Virus record (IMG/VR): IMGVR_UViG_3300020378_001929
Location: 18,531 to 82,530 of that record
DNA length: 64,000 bases
Strand: one strand, 5' to 3'
DNA from: a virus
Shown here: one piece after another, positions 19,401 to 26,456 of the stretch
Numbering within the stretch: the stretch's first letter is position 1
Layout of the letters: every line of letters starts with the position of its first letter
The notes under the pieces: generated by a model
Seen by the model: the letters and a program-made list of their open reading frames with translations, nothing else
What the model was told of the DNA's origin: nothing
The model's database searches: none
Program-made: the position numbers and the translations under genes

Positions 19401-22252
19401 GCAGAACCTGAAGAAAAGTCATAAAAATAACTTGTACTTGCATTTAACTTATTTACGTTGTCAAACTGCCAGTTTAAAACTAGAGCGTCAGACCTGAGCC
19501 TTGAGGCGCCGTCGTTGTCTTTCTTTCTGAAAAGAGGATTTGTTCTTCCTAAGTTTTCTATGCTCTGGGCGTGCTGCTCCATTTCTGACTTCTCTAATAA
19601 GTCGTCCCACACACTAAAAGAAAGAAACTTGCAATCACTGGTATTTCTAACAGTACCAGTGATGTTTTGTCGCGATGCGCCAAGGAAAGCGCTCTTGTTC
19701 CTTGACATTATTTTTTCATAATTAGCCTGACTAATGGAGGACGTAATGTGAAATTCCGACGTCTTGACATCTATGTCGTATCTATAGCCAATAAAATCAA
19801 CTTTATACTCGCGGGTAGTCTTGCCATCAGAAGATGTCAATTGCGATAAATTGTCTTCTGTGAACCTAACTGCTAAATACCACGGAGTATTTTCATAAAC
19901 GTGATTAAAGTACTCTGTCTTTATTATGGGAAAAGTTCCCTTTGAAGAACTAAGTTGAAAATAACAACCTGAATTTAAAATATCTGACTTTATTGTCCTT
20001 ACAACAAATCCAGAATAATTGTCAGATGTAATTACCAGATTGGCGCCGCTGACTTCGTTCATTCCAAAGACCGAACTTGTTATTGCTGTTTTTGAGTGAT
20101 CTAATATTGTGGGAAATAACACCTTTCCCTCGATCGTGAATGAAGGCTGACTTGATTTGCCTTGTATATAGTTTCTCTCGTCTGATGCGCTGTTAGATGC
20201 TGTCTGAAGCAACGTGACTGAGTTGTTGGATCCCGTGAAGGCAAAAGATTTTACTGTCGCGGCTTCATAAATTGGTCTATTTGATATTACCTTTTCAACG
20301 TTTTGTCCATAAATATTTGGCGAAATAAGGTTTTCGTCAACGCCAAAGCACCTTATGAGATTTCTAAAAGATTCTTTTGTACCCTTTTGTTTGAAAATAT
20401 AAGCTATGTTTGCATGCACAGAGTTCAAGATTTTATTCTTTATGTTCTCTGCCTTTGAGTGTATTAAGTTCTGCGAAATGTTTGTATTTGGATCTGCAAT
20501 GTCAAATTTTAGATTGTAAAAATACTCATTTAAATCTGTCTTATTTACAATGGGGCTTTCAGTTACACCAAAGCCCTTACCAAGAAGATTTTGTACTGAA
20601 AAATTCTCTTCTCCAAACATTCTTGCATACGAAACATCGAAATCCTTACTGCAGCCCAAGAGGTTATAAAATGAACTATTACCTGAATAATCTGACGATC
20701 CCCTGGCGTACACAAAGTCTTTGTATTGCGTAAACCCTATCTTTGGTATGCCATCTATCATCATCTTGATTGAGTCAAATTGTTGACCTATACTCTGTAA
20801 TAAAATAGAAAAATCACTTTCTATGTTGCTTGATCCAGCATTAGTTTCAAAAGCCCATTGAGGAACACTTCTGAACAGGGATGAGTGATTATTGTGGTCG
20901 TATGCTTTACCAATTTTTAAAAGGTCCTCTTCTGCTGCGACGACGCGGGGTGAGGCGAAATCTATTATTGGGTCACCTAGTTCTCTTTGACTAGTCACCG
21001 TTGCGTTTGTTATTGCTGATTCTGACGTCCGGCTGTTGGTGGACGAAAATCCAATTATCTCTCCATTATTTATTCTACCAGAGCTGTCTAGAACTATTTT
21101 ATCTCTGATTTCATCGTTTCTCAGTCCTTCATTGAATTTGTAATAAACCCCCAAAAGACTATTGATGTTTTCTTGATCAGTTGCCCCGTTGACAGGAAAA
21201 TCGTAATAGTTGCCAATCTCTTCTGCCGTTCTTTTTGTTTTCCAAAATCTAAACTCATCGATAGATCCACTTAATTTTCCGTAACCTAATCCACCATTTG
21301 AGTCTTTTTGGGTCCTCATAGCTCCGATGCTGGCGTTATAGTAACCTTCAACTGCTCCAAAGGTGGCTGTGGAGACTGACACCCTATTATTGAAGTTGCC
21401 GTCTATATACAACTCTATTTCTAAGTTTGATCCAGTGTGAAAAGCTGTAACCGCATAGTGGTGGAAGGCGCCATCGGCGATTGTTTCTTTTGTAATGTCG
21501 GCGCCGATGTTTGTTCTGTTGGCGCCTGCCGTTCCGGACATGTAAGTTACATAAAATGGTGACCCGGCTGAGCTTCCTGAAAGCTCTATTAGAAACCTAC
21601 CATATGATGAGGCACCCTCAGAAGCATGAGTGGTGTGCGAGTCAAAAATTATTTCGCTCTCTGTGAGAGAGTGACTAATAAAGCTGTTCTTTTTGAGCCA
21701 AAACTCCACAGTATTTCCAGCAGAAGGGTCTAATTTTAAACTGCTCTCTCTTCCCGAATCAGAATCGATAACTGTACCCACATAGGGTCCACCTGAAAAC
21801 TTTATGTATTCTGGATTACTTGATAGTCCGTACTTTCCAGAAGTGGCAGCTGCGGTGCCCCAACCGCCTTTTGAAAAATTTACATGCCCTACCTCTAAAG
21901 GAAACTCATGTTGCAGTATAGCCAAATCTATAGCAGATGCGCTAAGTGCCCAGTGGATCTTTTCTAGAGCAGACCCATCGTATGGATAAAAATTTGTTAT
22001 GTAATTAAAGGCGTTTTTAAAATATTTCTCTGCGCTTCCATAGAAACACCAAGTAGAGGGATCCCTAACATCAATCGCGGGTATCACCCTGTCTGCTAAT
22101 TTTTGATAAGCTATGGCATAATCCGGGGACTCTACCACATCATTGTATCTTTCAGCTGACGGTGATGCTACTCCCACTTTTCGGGGGTCATAAAATGCTT
22201 TACTTTTTTCCTCTTCGGACATTTGAGGAAGAAATATTTTGTCTTTTTTCAT
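10403..22252 (-). CDS. Giant baseplate/tail protein with LamG (concanavalin A-like) domains and a gp7/P2 gpI-like motif
   Basis: 3949 aa. LamG signatures TVEFWLK, FHHYAVT, LYIDG, LSGSIDEFRFWKTKRT, YYKFNEG, plus a second degenerate LamG (FTIEG, WYLAVR, FSVWD). IFKQKGTKESFRNLIRCFG resembles the 'KGT' motif of baseplate wedge gpI/gp7 proteins. Lies downstream of the gp6-like gene. Confidence 0.7.
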   Translation of the reverse strand: MKKDKIFLPQMSEEEKSKAFYDPRKVGVASPSAERYNDVVESPDYAIAYQKLADRVIPAIDVRDPSTWCFYGSAEKYFKNAFNYITNFYPYDGSALEKIHWALSASAIDLAILQHEFPLEVGHVNFSKGGWGTAAATSGKYGLSSNPEYIKFSGGPYVGTVIDSDSGRESSLKLDPSAGNTVEFWLKKNSFISHSLTESEIIFDSHTTHASEGASSYGRFLIELSGSSAGSPFYVTYMSGTAGANRTNIGADITKETIADGAFHHYAVTAFHTGSNLEIELYIDGNFNNRVSVSTATFGAVEGYYNASIGAMRTQKDSNGGLGYGKLSGSIDEFRFWKTKRTAEEIGNYYDFPVNGATDQENINSLLGVYYKFNEGLRNDEIRDKIVLDSSGRINNGEIIGFSSTNSRTSESAITNATVTSQRELGDPIIDFASPRVVAAEEDLLKIGKAYDHNNHSSLFRSVPQWAFETNAGSSNIESDFSILLQSIGQQFDSIKMMIDGIPKIGFTQYKDFVYARGSSDYSGNSSFYNLLGCSKDFDVSYARMFGEENFSVQNLLGKGFGVTESPIVNKTDLNEYFYNLKFDIADPNTNISQNLIHSKAENIKNKILNSVHANIAYIFKQKGTKESFRNLIRCFGVDENLISPNIYGQNVEKVISNRPIYEAATVKSFAFTGSNNSVTLLQTASNSASDERNYIQGKSSQPSFTIEGKVLFPTILDHSKTAITSSVFGMNEVSGANLVITSDNYSGFVVRTIKSDILNSGCYFQLSSSKGTFPIIKTEYFNHVYENTPWYLAVRFTEDNLSQLTSSDGKTTREYKVDFIGYRYDIDVKTSEFHITSSISQANYEKIMSRNKSAFLGASRQNITGTVRNTSDCKFLSFSVWDDLLEKSEMEQHAQSIENLGRTNPLFRKKDNDGASRLRSDALVLNWQFDNVNKLNASTSYFYDFSSGSAENITKYGPITGYKYPAVTHNLQHQEGSIRQEYIPNVRYLNVDNLEAESKIEIKDREVDSFTLDSKPMSYLHTYEKSMYQVISKEMLNMLAGATAFNNLIGEPVYKYRQEYKTLEKLRDRFFARVENKIDLESFIEYYKWIDSSLANLLRQLQPATSNMNLNLEDVVESHVFERNKYKHQAPQFEYKDPKLVGQILGVNELLYDWEHGHAPLLTSSTSTQTAASGSIVYTGNPEDGDTLTIISTDGTSKTYEFNSAAGGGTVAGGNIAVSINGGNVDTTYANLVTAINGATGHNAGSSNSKIVLDHSAGTNTVTLTQATAGTAGNTTITAATRRQKKFFTLNTSAFSNRSQFISSSILVSDGGLSRTLTFTGNSTYPPSDDREIPIGTVPPNEVTTMRDRIIAAVNGTDGTNLQSLTASAGGTVRTVFFTGLHSAASISVDYDSGGGSNSLTNHLSAQLQDTTHQHTFSSASISAAFAGGTNTVVTTFQDHPKNCLWWQERAERDKVLSVSDNVNPDREQIRQRINTVVSSAAGSTYVLRRLSRPYNFVGDHLRTLDMGSNRNASKNKFLHKPIIASGGEITVNKSDIYEFKNCNDVIDPQHEDIYTAIANTAGTDGYLDADADMIFPFTLYSSSVGTDFSNFKDKLTLTNNHDDDYGVMQGVFTREFVGGMPHRRVKFGTADKDRPEAYILSASSTVFTMKQSTGPRSYTPRGMGVKGPVNIRNIKENTGISPIAMGNYREDYDIVQTSGRSLNNAYVKDSGSVVTTGTQLRAGIIDYTVPSRGTAKHVFVNRFSSPGGPETQGVYGRDKESEEYSVYNGLNYRNLSTRAVLNRLHKEKSLRGGQRSGGTYYTPASIIMFQPLEIGDTIAIDFGTGSPKELAVGAAASNFTSGGSNFDTTPDGYSLTGMQAEVIKTLFDHPNTALSAEGFRNHLSASVDHHGDSKASNFTTLSFHHRFNQGTTSGLASRDTWSIVLSVKNPGNFIVTQFGKAQQSVHVTNRNYSLGSSGGKASLVEKADNFFVQHPIPQNDFHYSWITASAVNTKSDFVSRNAGLGHQHTYTSASAKSIQFLSASEVVYYAYQNNMFYGLAREQSANPSQTRAIDFVGLNAAIYEPISSSTNTVGYGSLEITNVTGDMSRLSANYLNQFFMNGLAGEELINPPFHSGGEDKYAGEKSLLNSIIVHRQGPYGWPSWKQIRTGNHPIARAHRKTNTISRTFLAFPKRAITSPSYLVRSEVAPSMNIAASSHANIIDPYERARFLDSKPAYNASRVVKNYVDPVATGKFNPIRIILGSKRIPNRTLNKDEKFTLGRDPRDPREFVNSSRDKEFYPRLSQRQRELSWFGKLQYFKDLSMPIPEILKSAGTISTNTAPNDITSFANSDFIKDIQFKEKRTHGTFDYAYNLLDSYQVQQKMLEINYKETIYPREVNTYSQFARERTKFKYFPWNSDRDTRHLILSGNVTHDIFGAKLISITRPERATTRTAAGSIIGGSNAGTTLRLFPEFEDKKLKSPQNSFAGKDALLVLMQHTGSFNPHRGILHITSSTWPLDSRRDFGSTPVDIRVSFMTRDTIYLTSSTGKQGTRGEGILQNDYSTFPLGMNNLYGTPPHSVIYNRRVPQSYGNFIYLAGEAKWEAASGTLGPFYDSYSDYAAETRILGQDHSLVPEFRISEFVDDIVQSKREYPNIGDDFLILTGAVYLSSSNNVTDGGNFFKTYSNSDFLKYFQIYDEEVSGDRQDKENNLEHARINFRCQAVTKFLPYKGFYPAERTVQIAELFYENYLPDDVVVTNDNVIDISQLDEGGLSSTEQKRFIKLRANASRYQVTKPLFGPGILFNSIKAGLATDYPIFSGAFGGVYRGLPRNDGTDYGSIQNIHAAFSDVGQYHASNNDIMANYKGNSQIVFNTDFGSSVPWLMLNAEAEIGQTGDSSAGTSTHQVGGTHPLAQDGMDKKLILRDNTGSLKAPLPFTASVINLTNRGGLGGSSTVYGIPRLRGHVSKRIEFEEMLSPSSLFNVRIYDNEPHPSASLIYGNQQFNKIIERPALFGSFNTLAKKDIGSLFVNNEGSLTSQLAPYTLAMQNFAAETVNFFLKDGDLTTKVSKPGKQTFTSGNDYKMRIYLENVDTMMYDRHSAFGPPVAEAGSDGTGVAITKYQGNPVGIPAHIKLTMRHPSGSSNSNAGYTLTGSTAGHYTRNPRIFIQGPDDNIEIMLYHSASGFYSWVDDADNSIENYIERALQGLVTVPATSRANRFGVTSAQGTANLGTAVAFRNISGNQNFPYPTVANNFAAIRVQEDAGAGLKAPSAAEVMATIRTLLTSSVLGLGFSTSGTNKVHIDGSTLVISGSTNLDYKESTNISSTQAYLDNVMPSNAMTTLIGATSNVGVFVNCKGGSGTSTVSNDHGVAFFGSNAYGEKNSSHITSSYQGHIYSNATSDVFTPFQSTGSAGFTKTTTKVSNTHGYMPYVPSFLDANSAPYVEVTFSPTVTKDYTVREVMNSSSYAYYNFVEEASNADVPDPKTGTHSNTNYHHAMSLSASLNLGMIAALRTDNFDQIRGHGADGDGALNVVPLDPNNLRERWVIQTKWESPVLDFKSVKATAYDLANSTTVQVSGSPWKERQWDRYYDGVGAPREGTTPGSFLTGSTGMWHQKGQLLKESDKKGYYLSIIDVPIGANTPGLAARLGFNDQEEPSAANLKLAKKYRDKVGTVEDRKVVKEAIVAIPYVLREDLDNRVEFIKFNEDMYNKASDNVRNMKITKETDVLTDRILTLEDYNEFRATLDGRMKTPFNSGPLDAIEYQLFMMEEFILPPQFDFINVPENARVQDPFMMYFFQFHASFDAEDLSNIWQNLYPKSLNSSAIARKSNSNRALEGRLRSHNDISFVSHYLETANLTGENLSPVSEPRNLFSPDEENKTRWIVFKVKQRGIDNLETIRRRSIDPRSQNLERLEYLRASRPAVTKGTFPDALPGKTSTGKRLVHYNWPYDYFSFVELIKLEAKIDSYNYD

Positions 22253-24084
22253 GGATCAACTCTAAATCTAAATTTTTCAGGCTGCTCTATATAATTAGAA
22301 CCATCTTTAAAAACAAGTGATATTTCATATGCGTTATTTGGTTCTAATAAAGCCATATCTAAGTCAAAAAAGGACCCGCTTGAATCATAAGAAAGTAAAG
22401 AGAAGTTTGGAGTACTTCCTGTAGAATAAGGGATTACCTCATAGTTGTTTGATACTTTTATAATTCTATAATACATATCTCTTATAAGATTAACTGGTGC
22501 CGTTCTTGAAGCGACTGTGTATATATTTGGCTGCCAATTTTTATCCCTAGTGTACACCCTTAAGGTTGTTTTTTCTGTCTTAAGGTACGAGTCTTTTAAG
22601 TTTGTAATAGAAACTTTATAATTTGGAACCTTAAAATAATTGTTCGCGCTTTCGGTACTCACCGTAAAACCTGGACCTGAGTACAGGGTTGTCAATCCGT
22701 CGGCGCCGCTTGAGCGAGACCAAGTGTCATACAAAAAGGTTTCTGACCCATTGTACGCAAACGGCGCCTTGTAGACTCCGGTACTTTGTTTGCTGGCGGT
22801 AATAAAGGTTGCTGCTGTAGTAACAACTCCTCCGGCGACAGGAAGAGTTTCCGCTGTACCGCCGGTCGATGCTGTAAACAATTGCACAACTAGACCAGAT
22901 CCTGTGTTTGGGATGTCGACAAGAGTGCCGCGGCGGTAATTATATAGATAGATGTTGTTTATGTTATCGGCAGCAGGGGCTAGGCTACTGGATTTTATTA
23001 CATAACTTCTATCATCTTTGATTGAGGTATCCCATTGTGCTTCGATTTTGGGCTTTAGAAAAAACTCATGAGAACTTCTAGAATAAAACTTCTTTGTGTA
23101 GTATGACCTTTCTTTCGATCCGTTCTCATAATCCTCTCGAAGTTTAAGGACCAGTCCATAATTTTTCAAACCTGTGCCTGAAATGAACTGACCTATTGAA
23201 GCCGTTGTTGCTGGCATACTTGAACTAATAATGGTATTACCTTGTATTCCCCCTAGAGATTGTGTCAATGTTAGTAGGGCGCTGGCATTTTTAGTTGTTA
23301 TTTTGCTGCCGAAGTCGGAAGATAGGCGATTATGCAAGGCGCCTGCAGTACCTGCTGCGGTACCGCTTAGTTCTAAGAAGACTGAATTTCCCACGGAATA
23401 AGTTGAAGATGTTATAAACGTATAGGTCATTTTTTTGCCTTCATGCGAGTGGAGACTAAGAACTTGATTTTCTGATGGGTTGAATAAAAAGTTTATACTT
23501 GCTGTTGCTGCAGTGGCGGCAGAATTTTCGCTTATAAGCCATTCTTCCACCCATGGGGTTATATCAATGTCAACATCTTCTGTGCCGGATTCAAAAGACT
23601 GAGTATACTCATAGGGGACTGTTCCAGCACTAATATAACTTGAACTTGCAAAATTGGATCCTGTTGTATTCCATAACACTCCAGTACTAGCAGAAACCCA
23701 ATTACTAGCTTCAAGATCCATATAGTTTTCCATATCAAGACCGTCTCCCTCTGACCAGTTCATGACTAGTGGGTTTATGGATACTACAAAATTTTCTGGT
23801 GTGGTTTGTCCATGGGGAGTGTTTGAAAGTTTGAGTTTAAACTTTACAGAACCAGAAGATGGTATAATCCCGCTGACTCTGTCAGAGTTTATATCTGATA
23901 TTGGAAACTGCATAAGCACGCGGGTTTGCTCCAAGGAGCTTGAACTTGCTTGTCCAAAAACAGAAAACAATTCTAATACGTCTGAGGCTCCCATGTTAGC
24001 CTTTGTTGATCTTGCAGTTAAGTTTTCTCTTAGTGCGTTTGCAATTGTGTTGTCTTTATTCGATGTATATCTTTTAATGCTCAT
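22249..24084 (-). CDS. DNRLRE/CBM96-like virion protein carrying an inserted beta-domain
   Basis: 611 aa. KDNTI, RVLMQF, KLKL, NWSEG, DITPWVEEW, NYGLVLK, FYSR and PKIE follow the order of DNRLRE-domain motifs. About 120 extra residues lie between EEWL and NYGLVLK. Confidence 0.55.
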   Translation of the reverse strand: MSIKRYTSNKDNTIANALRENLTARSTKANMGASDVLELFSVFGQASSSSLEQTRVLMQFPISDINSDRVSGIIPSSGSVKFKLKLSNTPHGQTTPENFVVSINPLVMNWSEGDGLDMENYMDLEASNWVSASTGVLWNTTGSNFASSSYISAGTVPYEYTQSFESGTEDVDIDITPWVEEWLISENSAATAATASINFLFNPSENQVLSLHSHEGKKMTYTFITSSTYSVGNSVFLELSGTAAGTAGALHNRLSSDFGSKITTKNASALLTLTQSLGGIQGNTIISSSMPATTASIGQFISGTGLKNYGLVLKLREDYENGSKERSYYTKKFYSRSSHEFFLKPKIEAQWDTSIKDDRSYVIKSSSLAPAADNINNIYLYNYRRGTLVDIPNTGSGLVVQLFTASTGGTAETLPVAGGVVTTAATFITASKQSTGVYKAPFAYNGSETFLYDTWSRSSGADGLTTLYSGPGFTVSTESANNYFKVPNYKVSITNLKDSYLKTEKTTLRVYTRDKNWQPNIYTVASRTAPVNLIRDMYYRIIKVSNNYEVIPYSTGSTPNFSLLSYDSSGSFFDLDMALLEPNNAYEISLVFKDGSNYIEQPEKFRFRVDP

Positions 24085-25904
24085 TATGTTATAACAGTCC
24101 CCTTTATATCATCTATGTATTTTATTTCCCAAATTGCGTTCTGGGGGATGTAGACGAAGGTGTTGTCCGGTGAGGTGTTTGATTTGACATCATATTTAAG
24201 GTCTGTATACTTTCCTCCGGACAATGATTGGATTTTTATCCCGTCTTTAAGTGGTATATTTGCCACTTCAGGAATAGATTGAATTATTCTCATAATTTCT
24301 GTCATGTATAAAGGCTCCCCAATCTCTGGTGGAATAGTTGTAAGTTCCTCGAAAAGGGTTTGCTTTATTTTTGACATAACTGTCTGTGCGTTTGAATTTT
24401 GTTTCAATGCAACTTTAAAATCTATGTTAAAATTGATTATATTTGCATCAAATATATCTATACTATCTGATATCATCCTAACTGAATCTATCCACGTTTT
24501 TACATTTTGTTTTAGAATATTTGTTGGTTTCTGGAGTTTTCCGTCAGCTCCCTCTGCAATTAAAAACAAATTTAAGTTTCTTCGAAAGTCGTTGGTATCT
24601 CTCATAATACCGGCGCGCTTTATACCTCCATATATTGGAGGCATGTCGTAGACAGCAGAAATATAATCCTCTTTTGTCACTGCTCTACCTTGGGCTCCAA
24701 AGGATCCCATATATCTTCTCTTCAACTCCTCTGTTGTGGGTATAGATATACTACCATTTATTGGCTCGTCATTAAGCACCTGTACATTGTTTCTGATAAA
24801 ATTAACTTTTTGTGATTCTAGGTTTTGCTCATTGTCAAAGGAGATTAATGGTTCCAGTACTTGGTTGATTGTTCCAACAGCCGCATTTGTGTTGATGGCA
24901 GTGTTTCGGCGATAGACTATTGTCAGTGTCGTGTTTTGAGGAGCCACGCCAAGCTTGTTGTTGGAGTACATCCTAGACGGATCAGACTTTGCTACGGAAG
25001 AGTCATAACGCTTGCCAGTGAATTTCATGACTCTTTTGGTGGGTTCTGCAAAAGAATTCGTTGTGTTCTCCTCGTCTGATCCGTGTCCAAATTGTATATA
25101 AGTTCTGTTTATTGATTTTTCGACTATAAACCTTCTTGGAACTGGAGTTTGTTTCATTATTGCGGGAACCATTGGGTCCCTCTTTTGTGGATCTAAAATG
25201 GGTTTATAGATTTTGTCAGTTGGTAATGAATCTACCTGAAAATACTCGTTACCGTTCGAATCAGTAACACTTAAAATTTCTGTTAAATTTTCATCAGGTA
25301 TTTCTATTTTCAAAAACCTAACAAAATTGCCAACATCAACGGTGAAAGTTCTTTCTTCTCCTGAAACAACTGGTACTATTGCCTCCATGGCGTAATATGC
25401 GACCTTGGATCCATCGTCTGTCATATTGTACCCTATTATTCGGGATGTATCTGCAGTAAACACAACTGGTTTCATAGATGTGAAAACGGCGCCTCCGGAG
25501 GATTTAAATTTGGTTCCAGCATTTAAAACTGATTTATATGCATTGTCTATTGTTACCCCGAGAGAGTTGGCGGGGCTCAATATCTGCACTTTAACATTCC
25601 CAACAGAGTCGAAGTTTAAAGAGGGCTTGGCGCCCATGGCTTGAATCAGCTGGAGTGCAATTTCTGGGTCTTTGGTGTAAGGTAAGATTGATTCATTTGC
25701 GTTATGGTCTATATAGTAGTGCAGCTGATCACCCACATAAGACACCAAGTCAAACATTAACGACCCAAAAGAAGAATCCTTGAAATCTTTATATGAATTT
25801 GGATAATGTCTTTTAGCATATTGAACTAGTTGTTCTTTTATCTCATTGAATGAAGCTTTTGTGTAGTCAACTTCTCTGATTCTTTTGTTTCTATTGGTTT
25901 GCAT
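24084..25904 (-). CDS. Baseplate wedge subunit (T4 gp6 / P2 gpJ-like)
   Basis: 606 aa. N-terminal DYTKASFNEIK...YKDF.DSSFG.LMFDLVSYVGDQLHYYID..ANES, IQFGHG and the diagnostic QGRAVTKEDY motif. Confidence 0.9.
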   Translation of the reverse strand: MQTNRNKRIREVDYTKASFNEIKEQLVQYAKRHYPNSYKDFKDSSFGSLMFDLVSYVGDQLHYYIDHNANESILPYTKDPEIALQLIQAMGAKPSLNFDSVGNVKVQILSPANSLGVTIDNAYKSVLNAGTKFKSSGGAVFTSMKPVVFTADTSRIIGYNMTDDGSKVAYYAMEAIVPVVSGEERTFTVDVGNFVRFLKIEIPDENLTEILSVTDSNGNEYFQVDSLPTDKIYKPILDPQKRDPMVPAIMKQTPVPRRFIVEKSINRTYIQFGHGSDEENTTNSFAEPTKRVMKFTGKRYDSSVAKSDPSRMYSNNKLGVAPQNTTLTIVYRRNTAINTNAAVGTINQVLEPLISFDNEQNLESQKVNFIRNNVQVLNDEPINGSISIPTTEELKRRYMGSFGAQGRAVTKEDYISAVYDMPPIYGGIKRAGIMRDTNDFRRNLNLFLIAEGADGKLQKPTNILKQNVKTWIDSVRMISDSIDIFDANIINFNIDFKVALKQNSNAQTVMSKIKQTLFEELTTIPPEIGEPLYMTEIMRIIQSIPEVANIPLKDGIKIQSLSGGKYTDLKYDVKSNTSPDNTFVYIPQNAIWEIKYIDDIKGTVIT

Positions 25905-25940
25905 ATAAAATTTCTCTCTATTAATTTAAATATTTTTAAT

Positions 25941-26414
25941 TTAAGAAAGTCCCCCAAGTTTGGAAGATGTGCCGACAAAATCAGACAACCCTCTCACAAA
26001 AAATTTAGACAGGATAGTATCAAACGCAAACTCCAACTGATCATTTAGTCCTAGATCTGTGATGACGTACTTTATCTTCAATATGGAAACGTGGCTATCT
26101 TTTTGGTCATCTGTACTTTCGAATGTGGCATCCACCAAGGAAATGTTTGGCAAATATTTTCTTAGTTGATTCTGTATGTTTGTTTTTATTTCTGATAGTT
26201 TAGCAGATCCAGGAGTCTCAAAAAGGTATGTAGCTAATCCAACTCCGAGATCTGGATTCATAGGCCATTCCCCGGGGATTGTCTGGAGAAGAAAAATGAA
26301 ATCCTGCCTTAACGATGCTGATGCATCGAGAATAGGGTCGTATGGTCCAAACGTGTCGTCCAGCCTCAAAGGCCACTTCGGTTGTAATGGTGATTTATAT
26401 CTTAATATGGACAT
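25941..26414 (-). CDS. Baseplate wedge / sheath initiator (T4 gp25 / GPW-like)
   Basis: 157 aa. LLQTIPGEWPMNPDLGVGLATYLFE is the canonical gp25 'LL.T..GER...P.FG..L...LFE' motif. Adjacent to the gp6-like gene. Confidence 0.9.
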   Translation of the reverse strand: MSILRYKSPLQPKWPLRLDDTFGPYDPILDASASLRQDFIFLLQTIPGEWPMNPDLGVGLATYLFETPGSAKLSEIKTNIQNQLRKYLPNISLVDATFESTDDQKDSHVSILKIKYVITDLGLNDQLEFAFDTILSKFFVRGLSDFVGTSSKLGGLS

Positions 26415-26417
26415 TTT

Positions 26418-26446
26418 TTGAACCTCAGAATAAATAGTGAGTTCAA
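26418..26446 (-). promoter_or_regulatory. Hairpin over the SD of the gp25-like gene, with ACTATTTAT mostly in its loop
   Basis: Minus strand reads TTGAACTCA-CTATTTATTC-TGAGGTTCAA-AAA-ATG: a 9-bp stem with one bulge whose 3' arm contains GAGG. Confidence 0.5.
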
Positions 26447-26456
26447 CAATAATTTA

